Of a stretch of DNA of 64,000 nucleotides, positions 34,756 to 45,800 are shown piece by piece. The notes under the pieces are model-generated. The model was not told the DNA's origin. It did no database searches and saw only the letters and a program-made list of their open reading frames with translations. How positions within the stretch are numbered: the first letter of the stretch is position 1; each line of letters opens with the position of its first letter. Origin of the DNA: Candidatus Latescibacterota bacterium (GTDB lineage Bacteria > Latescibacterota > UBA2968 > GCA-2709665); NCBI GenBank assembly GCA_965248435.1, contig OZ252100.1, positions 2,112,001 to 2,176,000 on the forward strand, in the 5' to 3' direction. Position numbers and translations under genes: made by a program.

Positions 34756-34860
34756 AAAAAAGGCCCCTCGCATGCAAGGGGCCGTGCACTCAGTCAGGAT
34801 TGGGTAGTCAAGACAACACCAGCGGCACAAAATTATAGGTCATGCGGCATATTTTGTCAA
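34756..34860 (-). promoter_or_regulatory. Perfect sigma70 promoter followed ~45 nt later by an intrinsic terminator (short RNA or attenuator)
   Basis: TTGACA-N17-TATAAT at 34860-34832; GGCCCCT/AGGGGCC hairpin + T6 at 34783-34756. Confidence 0.7.
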
Positions 34861-35071
34861 CGCAGGGGCCCTGGTAGGTGCCTTCGAGGCCTGAAAGTCC
34901 CCCCAGGCAAGGTGAAAGGCGGATCGCCCCTATCTGGTATGCTTTTCGCTTAATGCTATCCGGTTGAGAGGCCCACGATCTAGGACCGACGAACCACGAT
35001 TCACGGTTTCTTCTTGACCGGGTCATCTAAATTCTCTATCTTAAGGTATCCTTTTTTAAGGTACTTCGACA

Positions 35072-35386
35072 ATGGCAAGAATAGACGACATCCCTCAGTC
35101 AGAAGACCCCCGGCGCACAGAGCGGGCCCAGGCCCGGCGTCAGACGGAGGCTGCCAAACAGTCGGCGGCGAGTCCAGCCGCTCCAGCCGATCGGGTAGAA
35201 GTATCCAATACGGCCCGTGAGGCGCAGGCCCTGCAGGATCGGCTTGTGGATGGGGTACGAAACCAACCTGACGTCCGTCAGGACAAGGTGGCCCAGGCTC
35301 GAGCCCGTATGGAATCCGGGGAGCTCGACAGCCCCGAAGCTCGCCAGGCCATCGCAGACAAGCTTCTGGAATCGTTCGACCTTTAG
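35072..35386 (+). CDS. flgM: Anti-sigma-28 factor FlgM-like protein
   Basis: DRVEVSNTA, PDVRQDKV, G.L, IADKLL pattern. Promoter TTGACC-N17-TATCTT at 35014-35042. Confidence 0.72.
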   Translation: MARIDDIPQSEDPRRTERAQARRQTEAAKQSAASPAAPADRVEVSNTAREAQALQDRLVDGVRNQPDVRQDKVAQARARMESGELDSPEARQAIADKLLESFDL

Positions 35387-35412
35387 ATCTGAATCTACTC
35401 GCTGTGAATTAA

Positions 35413-35452
35413 AGGCGGCCGGCATCGAAGAGATGCCGGCCGCTTCTGTTTG
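35413..35452 (+). terminator. Terminator hairpin after flgM
   Basis: GCGGCCGGCATC/GATGCCGGCCGC 12-bp stem. Confidence 0.65.
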
Positions 35453-35460
35453 TCATCTAA

Positions 35461-35487
35461 AGAGACGCCCCACCGGGGCGTCTCTAC
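35461..35487. repeat. GTAG-type REP palindrome (relatives at 46056-46084 and 60908-60937)
   Basis: AGAGACGCCCC..GGGGCGTCTCTAC. Confidence 0.65.
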
Positions 35488-35544
35488 ACGATTTACTGGT
35501 TTTGCGGTACCCGGTACCCGTGTTTTTGGTCCCGGTACCCGATT

Positions 35545-36921
35545 CTAGCCGCCTTCCTCCTCGCCTCTGCCGCCCATCGCCTGATCCAGCCTTGCCAGCG
35601 CTGTCTGATAGTCATAGATCGCCTGAACGAGCTCGCTTCGAGCCTCGAAAAGGGTTACCTGCGCCGTTTGACGTTCCAGGAAGGTCCCCGCCCCCAGCTT
35701 GTATCGTTCGTCCTGCAGCTTGAAATCCTCTTCTGCAGCCTGAACTGCGGCCTGGTTCGCTTCCGTGAGGAGCCGAAGGCGCTCGAGGCTGAGAAACGTC
35801 TGCTGAATGTCCAGCGCTGTCTCCCTTCTTGCCTGCTCCAGCATTTCTTCGCTTCGCAGCAGCTGGAGCTTCCGACTTTTCACCTGATACTCCGTGCTCA
35901 ACCGGTCAAAGACCGGCAGGCTGACCCGCATGTTGAAACTGTAGTTGTAGTTCCTGTCGAACAGGTCTCCGAGCCCCCCGAAATCTTCATCCTTTGCCAG
36001 CGTCCAGTTGTATCCAGCGTTCATGCTGACGGTGGGATGACGCAGGCGAAACTGCGTCGCCCGCAGATTGTCGCGGTCCCGCATCATGAAATATTCTTGC
36101 GAAAGCAGGCTCGGATGTCGTTCCATCGCTCGATTCAGGGCCTCTTCGTAGGTCACCTTCGGAGGTTCGACCTCGAACTGCTCATCAGCCAGTACGACGC
36201 GGACGTCGGTTCCCAATCCCAGGCGGAAGCCCAGGTTGGACCGGGCGACCTCAACGTCGTTTTCCCGACTGATCAGATTACTGCGGTCTCGCTGGAGCTG
36301 CGACTTCGCACTGTACACCTGTGCGATATGCGCCGATCCAATCTCATAAAGGGTCTCGCTACGTCGATGTGTCTCCTCCGAGACCTGGATCTGTTCCTGC
36401 TGTACCTCCAGCAGTTTGATCGCCTTCAACAACCCGAAGTAAGCCTCCTTCGTCTGAAAAACTACCTGCTGCCGGCTCCGGCTCAGATTCATCTCCGCAG
36501 CCATCTTACCGTTCTTGCTGGACGAGAGATCTGCAAATTTGCTCAGGTCCAGAATCGGCACGTTGAAGCTGGCCCCCACGTTCTGCGAGCCGCTCGTGCG
36601 GCTGTTGCCCACTGTCGTGATCAGCCGTCCGGTCGTCTCATCGAGCTGCGCCCCTTCCCGCGGCCCGATAAGAGAGCGATTAAAGGTATAGTTCGTGCTC
36701 ACGCTCGGCAGGAAGGCCCCTTTTGCCCTGGCGACCTCTGTCCCGGCCATATCCAGATCATAACCACCCTGGACGACCAGGGAGTTGGTCTTGAGGGCTG
36801 TCTCCAGGCACTCAGCGAGGGTCAGCTTGACTTTTTTGACCTCTGGCCCTTGACCAAAAGAGACAAGCGGCCCGACGAAGAAACCGACGCTGAGCAAGAG
36901 GGTGTAGACGAATCTCGCCAT
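35545..36921 (-). CDS. TolC-family outer membrane efflux protein
   Basis: Signal peptide; LTLAECLETAL.N, FLPSV, AYFGLL, RYKLG repeats; located downstream of the RND gene. Confidence 0.9.
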   Translation of the reverse strand: MARFVYTLLLSVGFFVGPLVSFGQGPEVKKVKLTLAECLETALKTNSLVVQGGYDLDMAGTEVARAKGAFLPSVSTNYTFNRSLIGPREGAQLDETTGRLITTVGNSRTSGSQNVGASFNVPILDLSKFADLSSSKNGKMAAEMNLSRSRQQVVFQTKEAYFGLLKAIKLLEVQQEQIQVSEETHRRSETLYEIGSAHIAQVYSAKSQLQRDRSNLISRENDVEVARSNLGFRLGLGTDVRVVLADEQFEVEPPKVTYEEALNRAMERHPSLLSQEYFMMRDRDNLRATQFRLRHPTVSMNAGYNWTLAKDEDFGGLGDLFDRNYNYSFNMRVSLPVFDRLSTEYQVKSRKLQLLRSEEMLEQARRETALDIQQTFLSLERLRLLTEANQAAVQAAEEDFKLQDERYKLGAGTFLERQTAQVTLFEARSELVQAIYDYQTALARLDQAMGGRGEEEGG

Positions 36922-36975
36922 AGGTTCCTCACTCGGAAAACGGTTTTGGATTGCGGGATGTCTGTTCAATCCGTG

Positions 36976-39900
36976 TCAATCCCCCCGATCCACGAGGGAA
37001 TAAACGGTAGGAATGATCACAAGCGTAAGTACCGTAGCGCTGATTAATCCAGCTACGACGGCGATGGCCATCGGCGTTCGAATCTCCGCACCTTCTCCGA
37101 GACCCAGGGCCATCGGCAGCAGACCGAGCACCGTTGTAGACGTCGTCATCACGATCGGCCGAAACCTGACAGAGGCCGCTTGTGCGATCGCGTCGAACTT
37201 GGCCATCCCGCCTCGCCGAAGGCGGTTGATGTAGTCGACCATAACGATGGCGTTGTTCACCACGATCCCGGCCAGCATAATCAGCCCCAGGAAGACCACG
37301 ACGCTCAAAGAGATACCCAGGAGATAAAGAACCAGGATAACGCCGATGAGTGCAAGCGGGATCGTGAAAATAATGATCAACGGGTGACTAAACGATTCGA
37401 ACTGAGAGGCCATCACGATGTAGACCAGAAAAATGGCCAGCCCAAGCGCAAACGCAAGGCTGTCCAGAGAGGTCTGCATCTCGCGATTCTGGCCGCCGAT
37501 CAATATATTGACGTCCTGCGGGACGTCCATCCCCTCGAGCGCCCGCTGGATCTTCCCCGTAACGGTCCCCAAATCGAACCCGCTCACATTGGCCGAAACC
37601 TTCACAGCCCGCTGCTGATCGATGCGACGAATCTCGCTGGGCCCTTCTTTAACGTGGATATCCGCGACGGCCGAAAGGGGGATGGGTACCTCCCCATCCG
37701 GATTCACGATCAGCCGCCTCAGGTCAGCCACGCTTGCTCGGTCCGCCTCGTTCACGCGAACCAGCATATCGATCCGTCGCTCCGCCTCACGGAATCGGGT
37801 GGCCACCTCCCCCTGGACCTTTTCTCTCACCAGGGAGGCGACCGAGCGCAGGTTCAACCCGAATTTCGCCAGCAGATCTCGCTGGTAGACGATCTGTACT
37901 TCCGGGCTGCCGCGCTGGAGGCTGGACTTGACGTCGTAGAGCCCTGGAATCCCTGACAATGCGACCTCCGCATCCCTTCCCAGCTGCCCCAGGCTCTGCA
38001 GGTCGTTGCCCCGAATCTCTACTTCGATAGGGGTCTTGGTCGTAAACAGATCCGTCCTCGAAAAATCAATCTTCACCTGAGGCAGATCCCTTAGCGCGCT
38101 ACGAAGCCGATCCATAAGCGCCTGCTCTCTCTGCGCGAGAAGGCTCTCGCCCGTGACTCCCCCCCAGATTTCTGCCGGCAGGGAACCCAGACGCCGCAGG
38201 ACGCGCGAGGCGCTACTCTTTTCTAGACCGTCCTCTTCCAGTGCGACAGTCACCTTCGCGGTATGTTCGCCCTGATTCTCAGATGTAATCGCGAGCCGGT
38301 CCACGCCCACGACGGATGCGACGCGTGCGATACCCTGTTCGGCGTTAACCCTGGACTCCAGTCGCTGAGCCATCTCGTTCGTCGCGCGGAGCGGCGTGCC
38401 GACCGGCATGGCCATCTCCAGGTTGAACTCACCCTGATGCACTTGTGGGATCAACTCGCTGCCGATCCTCGGAAGCAGCAGGAACCAGCAGGCCGCGAAC
38501 AGGGCCAGCGCGGTCAGGAGGACCCGCGCAGGGTTCTGAAGCGCCCATCGGAGGCCGGTCGGATAGCTCCGGCTCAGCGGGTCGAACCCGCGCTCGAAAA
38601 GGAACAGAATCGGCGCCAGGATGGGCAGGATCAACAGCCCCAGTAGGATAAGGCTTGCCATACCGGCCAGAAAGACCAGCAGCAGGGCCAGGACCAGGAC
38701 CTTGCCGGCAGAAGCGACGGCAAGGAAGATCACGAATCGTGCGAACAGATAGAAAGGCGTCAGGACGAAGAGCGCCGCCAGAAGCACAAGGGTGAGCAGT
38801 GTGGGCAAACTCCTGAGCGATCGTGCCCCGAGCCCCCCCTGGAGGGCCCACCTCACGACGCGCCGCATCGATCCCAGCGACCACCTGAGGGCGGGGCCGA
38901 TGTCGCTTCCAAGAGACTCAGGGGCTGTGAACGAAAGGAGATCGTCCCAGATCGTCCTAGCAAACCGGCGCTTGAACAGATCGCGATCTGTCCCCCACGA
39001 GCAGATCGCATCCCAAATCGGACCGGGTCCGCCCCGTTTCCGCAATCGTTGAACGCCGGCGGCCGCTGGAAAGTACGGAACGACTGCCAGGACCACGAAG
39101 ACCATCTTCAACAGGACGATGACCGCGGCCACCAGAATCCAAAGCGCCCGAACGACGAACTCCACAATGACGCATAAAATCAGTAGCAGGATCCACGCCA
39201 GGAACGTGGCGAAATCGCCTCCTCTCTCCCTTTCGGTTCGTACAGATCTTAACTTCTCGAGTGACCAGAGTTGCAACACCTCCGACCGCGTCATCTCGCC
39301 TACACGGCCACTTGACAAGCCTGGTCCAGCACTGCCTCCCATTTGAATTCTGCGGGAGGCCAGCATCGGGATGAAAAAGAGCGCAACGCCCAGCGACGCA
39401 ATCAGAGAAAAGACTACGGTCAGGGCCATGTCGCCGAACACCTGTCCTGCAACCCCCTCCACGAAGACGATCGGGAAGAACACGGCTACAGTCGTCAGGG
39501 TAGACGCAAAAACCGCGCCGCCCACCTCTCCGGTGCCTCGAATCGCGGCCGAAACGATGTCATCCCCCTCTTCCCGGCATCTGAAGATACTTTCCAGCAC
39601 CACGATCGAGTTGTCCACGAGCATCCCGATCCCCAGCGCCAGTCCACCGAGGGACATGATGTTCAGCGAAACGTCGAATATTTTCATCGGGGCGAACGTT
39701 GCCACGACGGAGATGGGGATGGCCAGGCCGACGATGGCGGTGTTGATTGGATTCCGGAGGAAGACGTAGAGCACCAGGATCGCGAGAAGTCCCCCGATCA
39801 CCGCGGTCCGCTTCACCTCATTCACGGACCCTTCGATAAACCTGGATTGGTCAGAAAGGACCTCCATCTCCATGCCGGCCGGCAATGAATACTGAATGAA

Positions 39901-40974
39901 GCTCGTCATCTCCTTCAGCTGCACGAACCGACGCACCTGGGCACCTCGATCCCCTTTCTTGGCCGCTTCGATCTGACCCACCTTCAGTTTGGCCACATAT
40001 TCGAGCTGCTCGGGAGACCCGAACAGTCGGCTGCGAACGCGGTTTGCGGTGGAGACGATGTTGGCATCCGCCTCCTTGAAAATCTCGATCTCGACGCTCT
40101 CCACGCCGTTCACCCGGGTAATCACCTCACGCTCTTTGTGAGCGCGCGAGACGTTCGCCACGTCCTTGAGCCGGATCTCGACTCCCTCCCGCTCACCGAC
40201 CACCAGGGCGCCGACCTCGTCCAACGACTGAAATTCGTTCAGCGTACGGACCAGGTACTGGGTCTGGGCGTCAAGCAGGCTGCCCCCTGCCAGGTTTACG
40301 TTCTCTTCGCGCAGCCGCCGGCTGATGTCGGCGATTCCGAGGCCCAGCAGGGCCAGCTGGCCTTCATCCACATCCACGCGAATCTCTTCCTCGAGGCCTC
40401 CGTGGACGCGTGCGGCCGCCACTCCTTTTAGGGCCTCCAGCTCCTGCCTGATTTCATCTTCTGCGATCTGCCTGAGGGAGTAGAGGTCCCCGCCGCTGTA
40501 AAGGCCCACGCGCATAATGGGGTCCTGTGTGGGATCGTATCGCAGGATCAGCGGTCGGTTGACCCCTTCGGGGAGGCGCAGGCGATCCAGGTTCTCCCTC
40601 GCCGTCTGCACGGCGTCGTTCATATCCGTGTCCCAGCCGAACTCCAGGATCACGTCGGAGACGCCGGCCCGAGAAATGGAGACGATGCTGACCAGGTTGT
40701 TCAACACGCCGAGGCGCTGCTCGATCGGGCGGGAAATCAGGTTCTCCACCTCCTCGGGCGCAGTGTCCGGGTACTCTGTGCGGATCGTCACTGTCGGGTA
40801 GGAGAGTTCAGGCATCAGAGTGAGGGCAAGCTGCTGATAGGAGATGTAGCCGAACACGGCCACGGCGACCACAACCATGAAAATGGCCACGGGCCTGCGG
40901 GTCGTGATTTCGAAGGTTCTCGAAATCTCCGACGGGCGGTCCTCTACCGGTCGACTTTCAGGCGATTCGTTCAT
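36976..40974 (-). CDS. RND efflux permease (AcrB/MdtB-like), 1332 aa with a large hydrophobic insertion
   Basis: RRPVA, GMLVDNSIVVLE, QFES, GIVVNNAIV, RFRPIVMT motifs. Confidence 0.93.
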   Translation of the reverse strand: MNESPESRPVEDRPSEISRTFEITTRRPVAIFMVVVAVAVFGYISYQQLALTLMPELSYPTVTIRTEYPDTAPEEVENLISRPIEQRLGVLNNLVSIVSISRAGVSDVILEFGWDTDMNDAVQTARENLDRLRLPEGVNRPLILRYDPTQDPIMRVGLYSGGDLYSLRQIAEDEIRQELEALKGVAAARVHGGLEEEIRVDVDEGQLALLGLGIADISRRLREENVNLAGGSLLDAQTQYLVRTLNEFQSLDEVGALVVGEREGVEIRLKDVANVSRAHKEREVITRVNGVESVEIEIFKEADANIVSTANRVRSRLFGSPEQLEYVAKLKVGQIEAAKKGDRGAQVRRFVQLKEMTSFIQYSLPAGMEMEVLSDQSRFIEGSVNEVKRTAVIGGLLAILVLYVFLRNPINTAIVGLAIPISVVATFAPMKIFDVSLNIMSLGGLALGIGMLVDNSIVVLESIFRCREEGDDIVSAAIRGTGEVGGAVFASTLTTVAVFFPIVFVEGVAGQVFGDMALTVVFSLIASLGVALFFIPMLASRRIQMGGSAGPGLSSGRVGEMTRSEVLQLWSLEKLRSVRTERERGGDFATFLAWILLLILCVIVEFVVRALWILVAAVIVLLKMVFVVLAVVPYFPAAAGVQRLRKRGGPGPIWDAICSWGTDRDLFKRRFARTIWDDLLSFTAPESLGSDIGPALRWSLGSMRRVVRWALQGGLGARSLRSLPTLLTLVLLAALFVLTPFYLFARFVIFLAVASAGKVLVLALLLVFLAGMASLILLGLLILPILAPILFLFERGFDPLSRSYPTGLRWALQNPARVLLTALALFAACWFLLLPRIGSELIPQVHQGEFNLEMAMPVGTPLRATNEMAQRLESRVNAEQGIARVASVVGVDRLAITSENQGEHTAKVTVALEEDGLEKSSASRVLRRLGSLPAEIWGGVTGESLLAQREQALMDRLRSALRDLPQVKIDFSRTDLFTTKTPIEVEIRGNDLQSLGQLGRDAEVALSGIPGLYDVKSSLQRGSPEVQIVYQRDLLAKFGLNLRSVASLVREKVQGEVATRFREAERRIDMLVRVNEADRASVADLRRLIVNPDGEVPIPLSAVADIHVKEGPSEIRRIDQQRAVKVSANVSGFDLGTVTGKIQRALEGMDVPQDVNILIGGQNREMQTSLDSLAFALGLAIFLVYIVMASQFESFSHPLIIIFTIPLALIGVILVLYLLGISLSVVVFLGLIMLAGIVVNNAIVMVDYINRLRRGGMAKFDAIAQAASVRFRPIVMTTSTTVLGLLPMALGLGEGAEIRTPMAIAVVAGLISATVLTLVIIPTVYSLVDRGD

Positions 40975-40979
40975 GTCTG

Positions 40980-42167
40980 CTACTCCTCTTGCGTCGTATC
41001 TGCCTCGGCCGGGATTCGGAGGCCCTCGCCCTCGATAACCCGAATCCGGGCCTGGTCCTTCAATCCGTTCTGTCCGACCACGACGATCCGCTCATCGTGA
41101 GACAGGCCCGAAACCACTTCCAGGTGTTCGCTGTCTTCGAATCCTATCTCCAGCTTGACCTGCTTGGCAATCGTATCATCAACCACGAACACGTGCGGCA
41201 ATCCGTCGTCGTAAACAACGGCACGCTTCGGGACGAGCACGGCTTGATCGTGGGTGGCGGTGATGATATGGGCGTTCACGAACATTCCAGGCCGAAGCTG
41301 TCCATCCTCATCTTCCAGCCCCAGCGTAACCTTGAACGTCCCGCTGCTCGGGTCCACGACCGGACTGATCCGGATAACGCTCGCGGCGAACGCCGCTCCG
41401 GGGAGGAAATCGGTCGTCACCTGAGCGCGCTGCCCGGCGCGCACCTTCATCATCTCTCTCCCGGGGACGAACACGCGAGAGATCAAGTTCTCCATGTTGA
41501 CCATGGCGTAGAGCTTTTCGCTCGGACCGATTCGATCCCCGATCTTGACGATCCGCTCCGCGATCACGCCACCCACAGGTGCGCGCACGCTTGCGTGGGC
41601 CAGCGCCAGCCTGGCCCGCTCCCACACGACCCGGGCCTGGTCCAGGTCGTAGCGCTGCTGTTCATACTCCTCGTTCGAGAGCAGTTTCCGGCTGAACATC
41701 TCTTCCTTTCGCCGGAACTGGCTCTCCAGCTTTTGGAATTTGATCCTGGCCTCGGCCGCGGACAGCTTCAGATCGTCGTCCACGAGCTTGACCAGCACCT
41801 GCCCCCGATCTACGACGTCCCCTTCCTCGACGAGTACGACGCTCACCAGCCCGGTCGCCCGGGCGTAGACGTCCACGGCCTCCTCCGCCTCCACTGTGGC
41901 GCTGAAGAGCAGATAGTCCGAGATCTCGCCAATCGTCACGGGGGACACCTTCACCGGTACCCCTTCGGGCGCCTTTTTGTCCTCTTTTTCCGCAGTCGTG
42001 TCGACCTGAGTCGTATCGGTCTTGGCATCACCCTCCTTCTTCTCCTCTCCCGCCTCCCCCCCACAGGCCGTAAACATCAAGGAGATCAAGAGCAATGCCA
42101 CCAAATGGTTGTCAATCAGCGTGTCCACGCCACGCACGGCCCATCTGATACCCCGCAGGCTTCCCAT
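40980..42167 (-). CDS. RND periplasmic adaptor (MFP) lipoprotein; start uncertain
   Basis: FTAC lipobox; VEEGDVV, RAPVGGVI, ISPVVD, LRPGMF motifs. Confidence 0.9.
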   Translation of the reverse strand: MGSLRGIRWAVRGVDTLIDNHLVALLLISLMFTACGGEAGEEKKEGDAKTDTTQVDTTAEKEDKKAPEGVPVKVSPVTIGEISDYLLFSATVEAEEAVDVYARATGLVSVVLVEEGDVVDRGQVLVKLVDDDLKLSAAEARIKFQKLESQFRRKEEMFSRKLLSNEEYEQQRYDLDQARVVWERARLALAHASVRAPVGGVIAERIVKIGDRIGPSEKLYAMVNMENLISRVFVPGREMMKVRAGQRAQVTTDFLPGAAFAASVIRISPVVDPSSGTFKVTLGLEDEDGQLRPGMFVNAHIITATHDQAVLVPKRAVVYDDGLPHVFVVDDTIAKQVKLEIGFEDSEHLEVVSGLSHDERIVVVGQNGLKDQARIRVIEGEGLRIPAEADTTQEE

Positions 42168-42347
42168 ACTGCGCCTCCTGTCAAAATGTCTTGCTTCCAT
42201 CCCGACTCCCCGGCTTGCGCTTCTCATCTTTGTACCTTTCAAGAACCAGCCTCTTTGATCTTTTTTCGTGCTGAATTGTTTCAGGACTCATCGGTCCTCG
42301 AACACAACAAAATAGCAACAATCTTGTAGTGGGTGTTCGACTACAAC

Positions 42348-42647
42348 GAAAAACGCCATCCAGAAAAGGATGGCGTCGAACAAACGTCATATCCACCTTC
42401 CCCAGACACGGTTCGGCTCAGCAAAAGCCGAGCCCCGGTGCCCTGGAGAAGGGGTTGCGCAATCTCAAGCGAGGAAAGTCCCACTGGTACTCCGTAATCG
42501 CGGCAAGTATCTCCTCCAGTGCTAGCCGATATGCCAGCGCAGAAGCATCTGATTCAACTTACATACCTCCATTTAACGGTTCCTTTTTCGTGGTCCAGGG
42601 GTCTCAATTTGATGGTCTAACATACAATCTATCGGGAGCGAAGTCAA
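42348..42647 (-). promoter_or_regulatory. Leader of the MFP-RND-TolC operon: promoter, uORF and terminator
   Basis: TTGACT-N17-TATGTT at 42647-42619. GGAGGT SD + TTG uORF MNQMLLRWHIG at 42557-42522. ACGCCATCC/GGATGGCGT + T-run at 42376-42348. Confidence 0.6.
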
Positions 42648-42851
42648 TATGAATTTCATCCGCTCGGCTACAATTGGAGATAATAAACCATTTGTGTACT
42701 CGGGTCCTCTTCAACGTCGTGAAATTTGTCGGACAACGTTCCTTGCGAGCCTCGCGATCTAGATTATGTGATGAATATATCTTAAAATTAGGAAGCAGAA
42801 CTATTAGAATTGTTTTACATCGGTCGGTCCATACCGTGGACCCTTGCCAGT

Positions 42852-45800
42852 TCAGTCCGCGGGCTCAGGGCCGGGATAGGAGATCACGGCTGGACGCGAA
42901 AAGGCCGTCGCCACGATCCTGCGAAGGTGGCCCCGCAGGTCGTCGAGGTAGGTATAGAAGAGCGGTACCACGAACAGTGTCAGGAACGTCGAGCACAGCA
43001 GCCCTCCGATCATCGCCCGTCCCATCGAAGAATATGGGACGCCCATCAGCGTGCTGGAGCTGAGGGCCATCGGCAGCAGCCCGAACACCGTCGTAAACGT
43101 GGTCATCAGGATGGGGCGAAAGCGGTTGGCGCCCGCCTCGAGTATCGCCTCCATCCTTCCGTGCCCTTCAGCCCTCAGCTGATTGACCCTGTCGATCAGC
43201 ACGATCGCGTTGTTGACGACCAAGCCGATCAGCACGATGATCCCGACCTGAGCCATTCTGTCCATTACTGTATCCGTCAGGAAGAGCGTCCAGTAGACGC
43301 CGAGGAAGGCGAATGGAATGCACAAGAGGACCGAAAACGGCAATATCAAGGATTCAAAGAGCACGCCCATCAGGAGAAACACGCAGACCACCGCCATCAT
43401 CACCGCAAACTTCATGGTTTCTTCCGATTCGATGTACTGCTGAAACCTTTCGCCCTTGTTCCAGCTGTACCCGCGTGGCATGTTAAATCCATCCATCGCG
43501 AGGTCGATTTGACCAAACAGGCGCCTCAAGTCTTTCATTCTGGTATACATCTTCAACGAGGATTGCAACTTCCCGTTTTTTCGCTTGATCCTCTGGTCAC
43601 CCTCTACGACTCTGAGTGACGCAATAGCCGACAAGGGGATCTCTTCGCCGGATCTCGATTGAAAGGTAAATCCTTTGAGCTGCTGAACAGTCTGTATGTC
43701 CATATTTCCCAGGTACAGACGCACGTCAAACTCCCCATTTCCAGATCGGTAGAGAGGGAGCTCCGCACCCAGGAGTTGATAAGCAATACTGCTGGCCACA
43801 ACCCGCGGGGAAACCTCATACCGATGCGCCCTCTCTCTGTCGATCCGGACCTGGATCTCGTCATCCCCGCGCTCCTCGTCGCTATCGATGCCGGTGATCG
43901 CGGGAATACCCCGCATCCGCATCTCGATCTCGCCTCGCAAGCGTTCCAGGGTTTCAAGATCATCTCCCAAAAGTCGAATATGTAAATACTCCCGCGTCTC
44001 AAACTGTCCGCCCAGACTTCCGGCCTCGATCAGTACATCGTGTCCTACGTGCCTAGGAAACGTGCTCATCATGTCCTGGATGAGGTCATTCCTGTTCACG
44101 GGGCTCTCCAGGGGGAAGCCGATCTTGCTTCTGAGACCCCTGTAGATCGGATCCCACCAGGCGTGATTCTCTTCCTTATTTAGATAAAGATAGTAGAACA
44201 GGCGTCGTAATCCCCTTCTTTGATACCGAAACCGCACCGTTCGAATGCCATAGGTTTCCCGCTTGCTGTCCAGGTACTCCTCCACTTCTGCGCCCACCTC
44301 GCTCAGTTCCTCCCACGTGAGAAACTTCGGTGCCGTGCTCCTGACATACACCGTGTTGACGACACCTTGCAGGGCGTCAGACTTTCTCACCCTATCCATC
44401 GGATAGAACGCAGTCGCGAACAGCCCCAGAAGAATCAGTGTGGTGTCCTTCCGGTGGGTAAGCGACCATCCCAGCGCCCCTGCATACGCTCTTCTAGTCC
44501 ATCGAATCGCCCTTGGTTCTTTCTTTACGACCGGTCCGCCGAACCGCTTGGCGGCCATCGGGATGAAAATCAAGGCGACGAGCAACGATCCGACCAAGGC
44601 GGCAACGATCGGCACCCCGATCTTCGACAGGAAGAATGAGAGATCCACGTCCCCGCTCATCACCATCAAGGGCAGAAAGACCACGACGGTCGTCAGCGTG
44701 GCCATAGATATCGCCAATCCCACTTCACTCGCTCCTCGGATAGAGGCCTCGTGCGCGCGCGCTCCTTTCTGACGCATTCTGAAAACGTTCTCGACGATCA
44801 CCGTCGCATTATCAACGACCATCCCGATCGCGACCATCAGCCCCATCATCGTCAACAGGTTCATTGACCAACCCAAGAAATACATCATGGTTACGGCGAT
44901 CATCACCGAGACCGGAATCGCCAGCGCGATCAGCGCGGTTGTTCTGAACGAGCGCAGGAAGAAAAACAGCACGAGCACTGCGAACAACCCGCCCCACAAC
45001 CCTGTGTTTCGCAGATTCCGTATCGATTCCCGGATCAGGTCACCCTGGCTGAAAAGGGTTTCGAACTTGAAATCGCTCCCGTCCTCGATCTGGCTCAGCT
45101 CCGCCTCTACGCGATCACAGACCTCCACGATGTTCGCGCCGGCGTCCCGCAGGATGCCGAGAGTCAGCGCGGGCTGCCCATCTATTCGCTGTCTGCGCTG
45201 GGCCAATGGCACATCATAGAAAACGTCGGCCACTTCCCTCAGCCTCACCGTTCCATTGCGCGCGGGAACAGGGATCTCCCAAAACGCTTCCAGGCTCCGG
45301 TAGCGAGCCAGCGACCGAACATAGAGCTTCTTTCCGCCCTCCAGCACGGTTCCGCCCGCCATCTCGAAGTTGTCCGCCCGGAGCGCCTCTACAAGGCCAT
45401 ACGGATCTACACCACGGGCCCGCATGCGATCCCGGTCAACCTCTATGGCAATCTCCTTTTGCGAGGCCCCCTGGATTCTAACCTGGGCTACGCCGTCGAT
45501 CCGCTCCAACCGATGTTGCACCTGAGACTCTACTGCGTAGTACGGGTCTGTCACACGATCGGGTAGGGAGACACCAACCGAAATGATCTCGCGGTCCGTA
45601 TCTGGATTAAACTTAAAGACCCTGACATTATCCCGATATCGTTCCGGCAGCACCGTCTTCAAGAGTTCGATGCGTTCCACCAGCCTGTTGTACGCCTCCG
45701 ACATATCCGTGCCTTTTTGGAAGGGCAGATACGAATAGGTTCTTCCTTTATCGCTGGCAACCTCGAAGTCGCGAAGGCCCTTTAACGTCCGAAAATGCTC

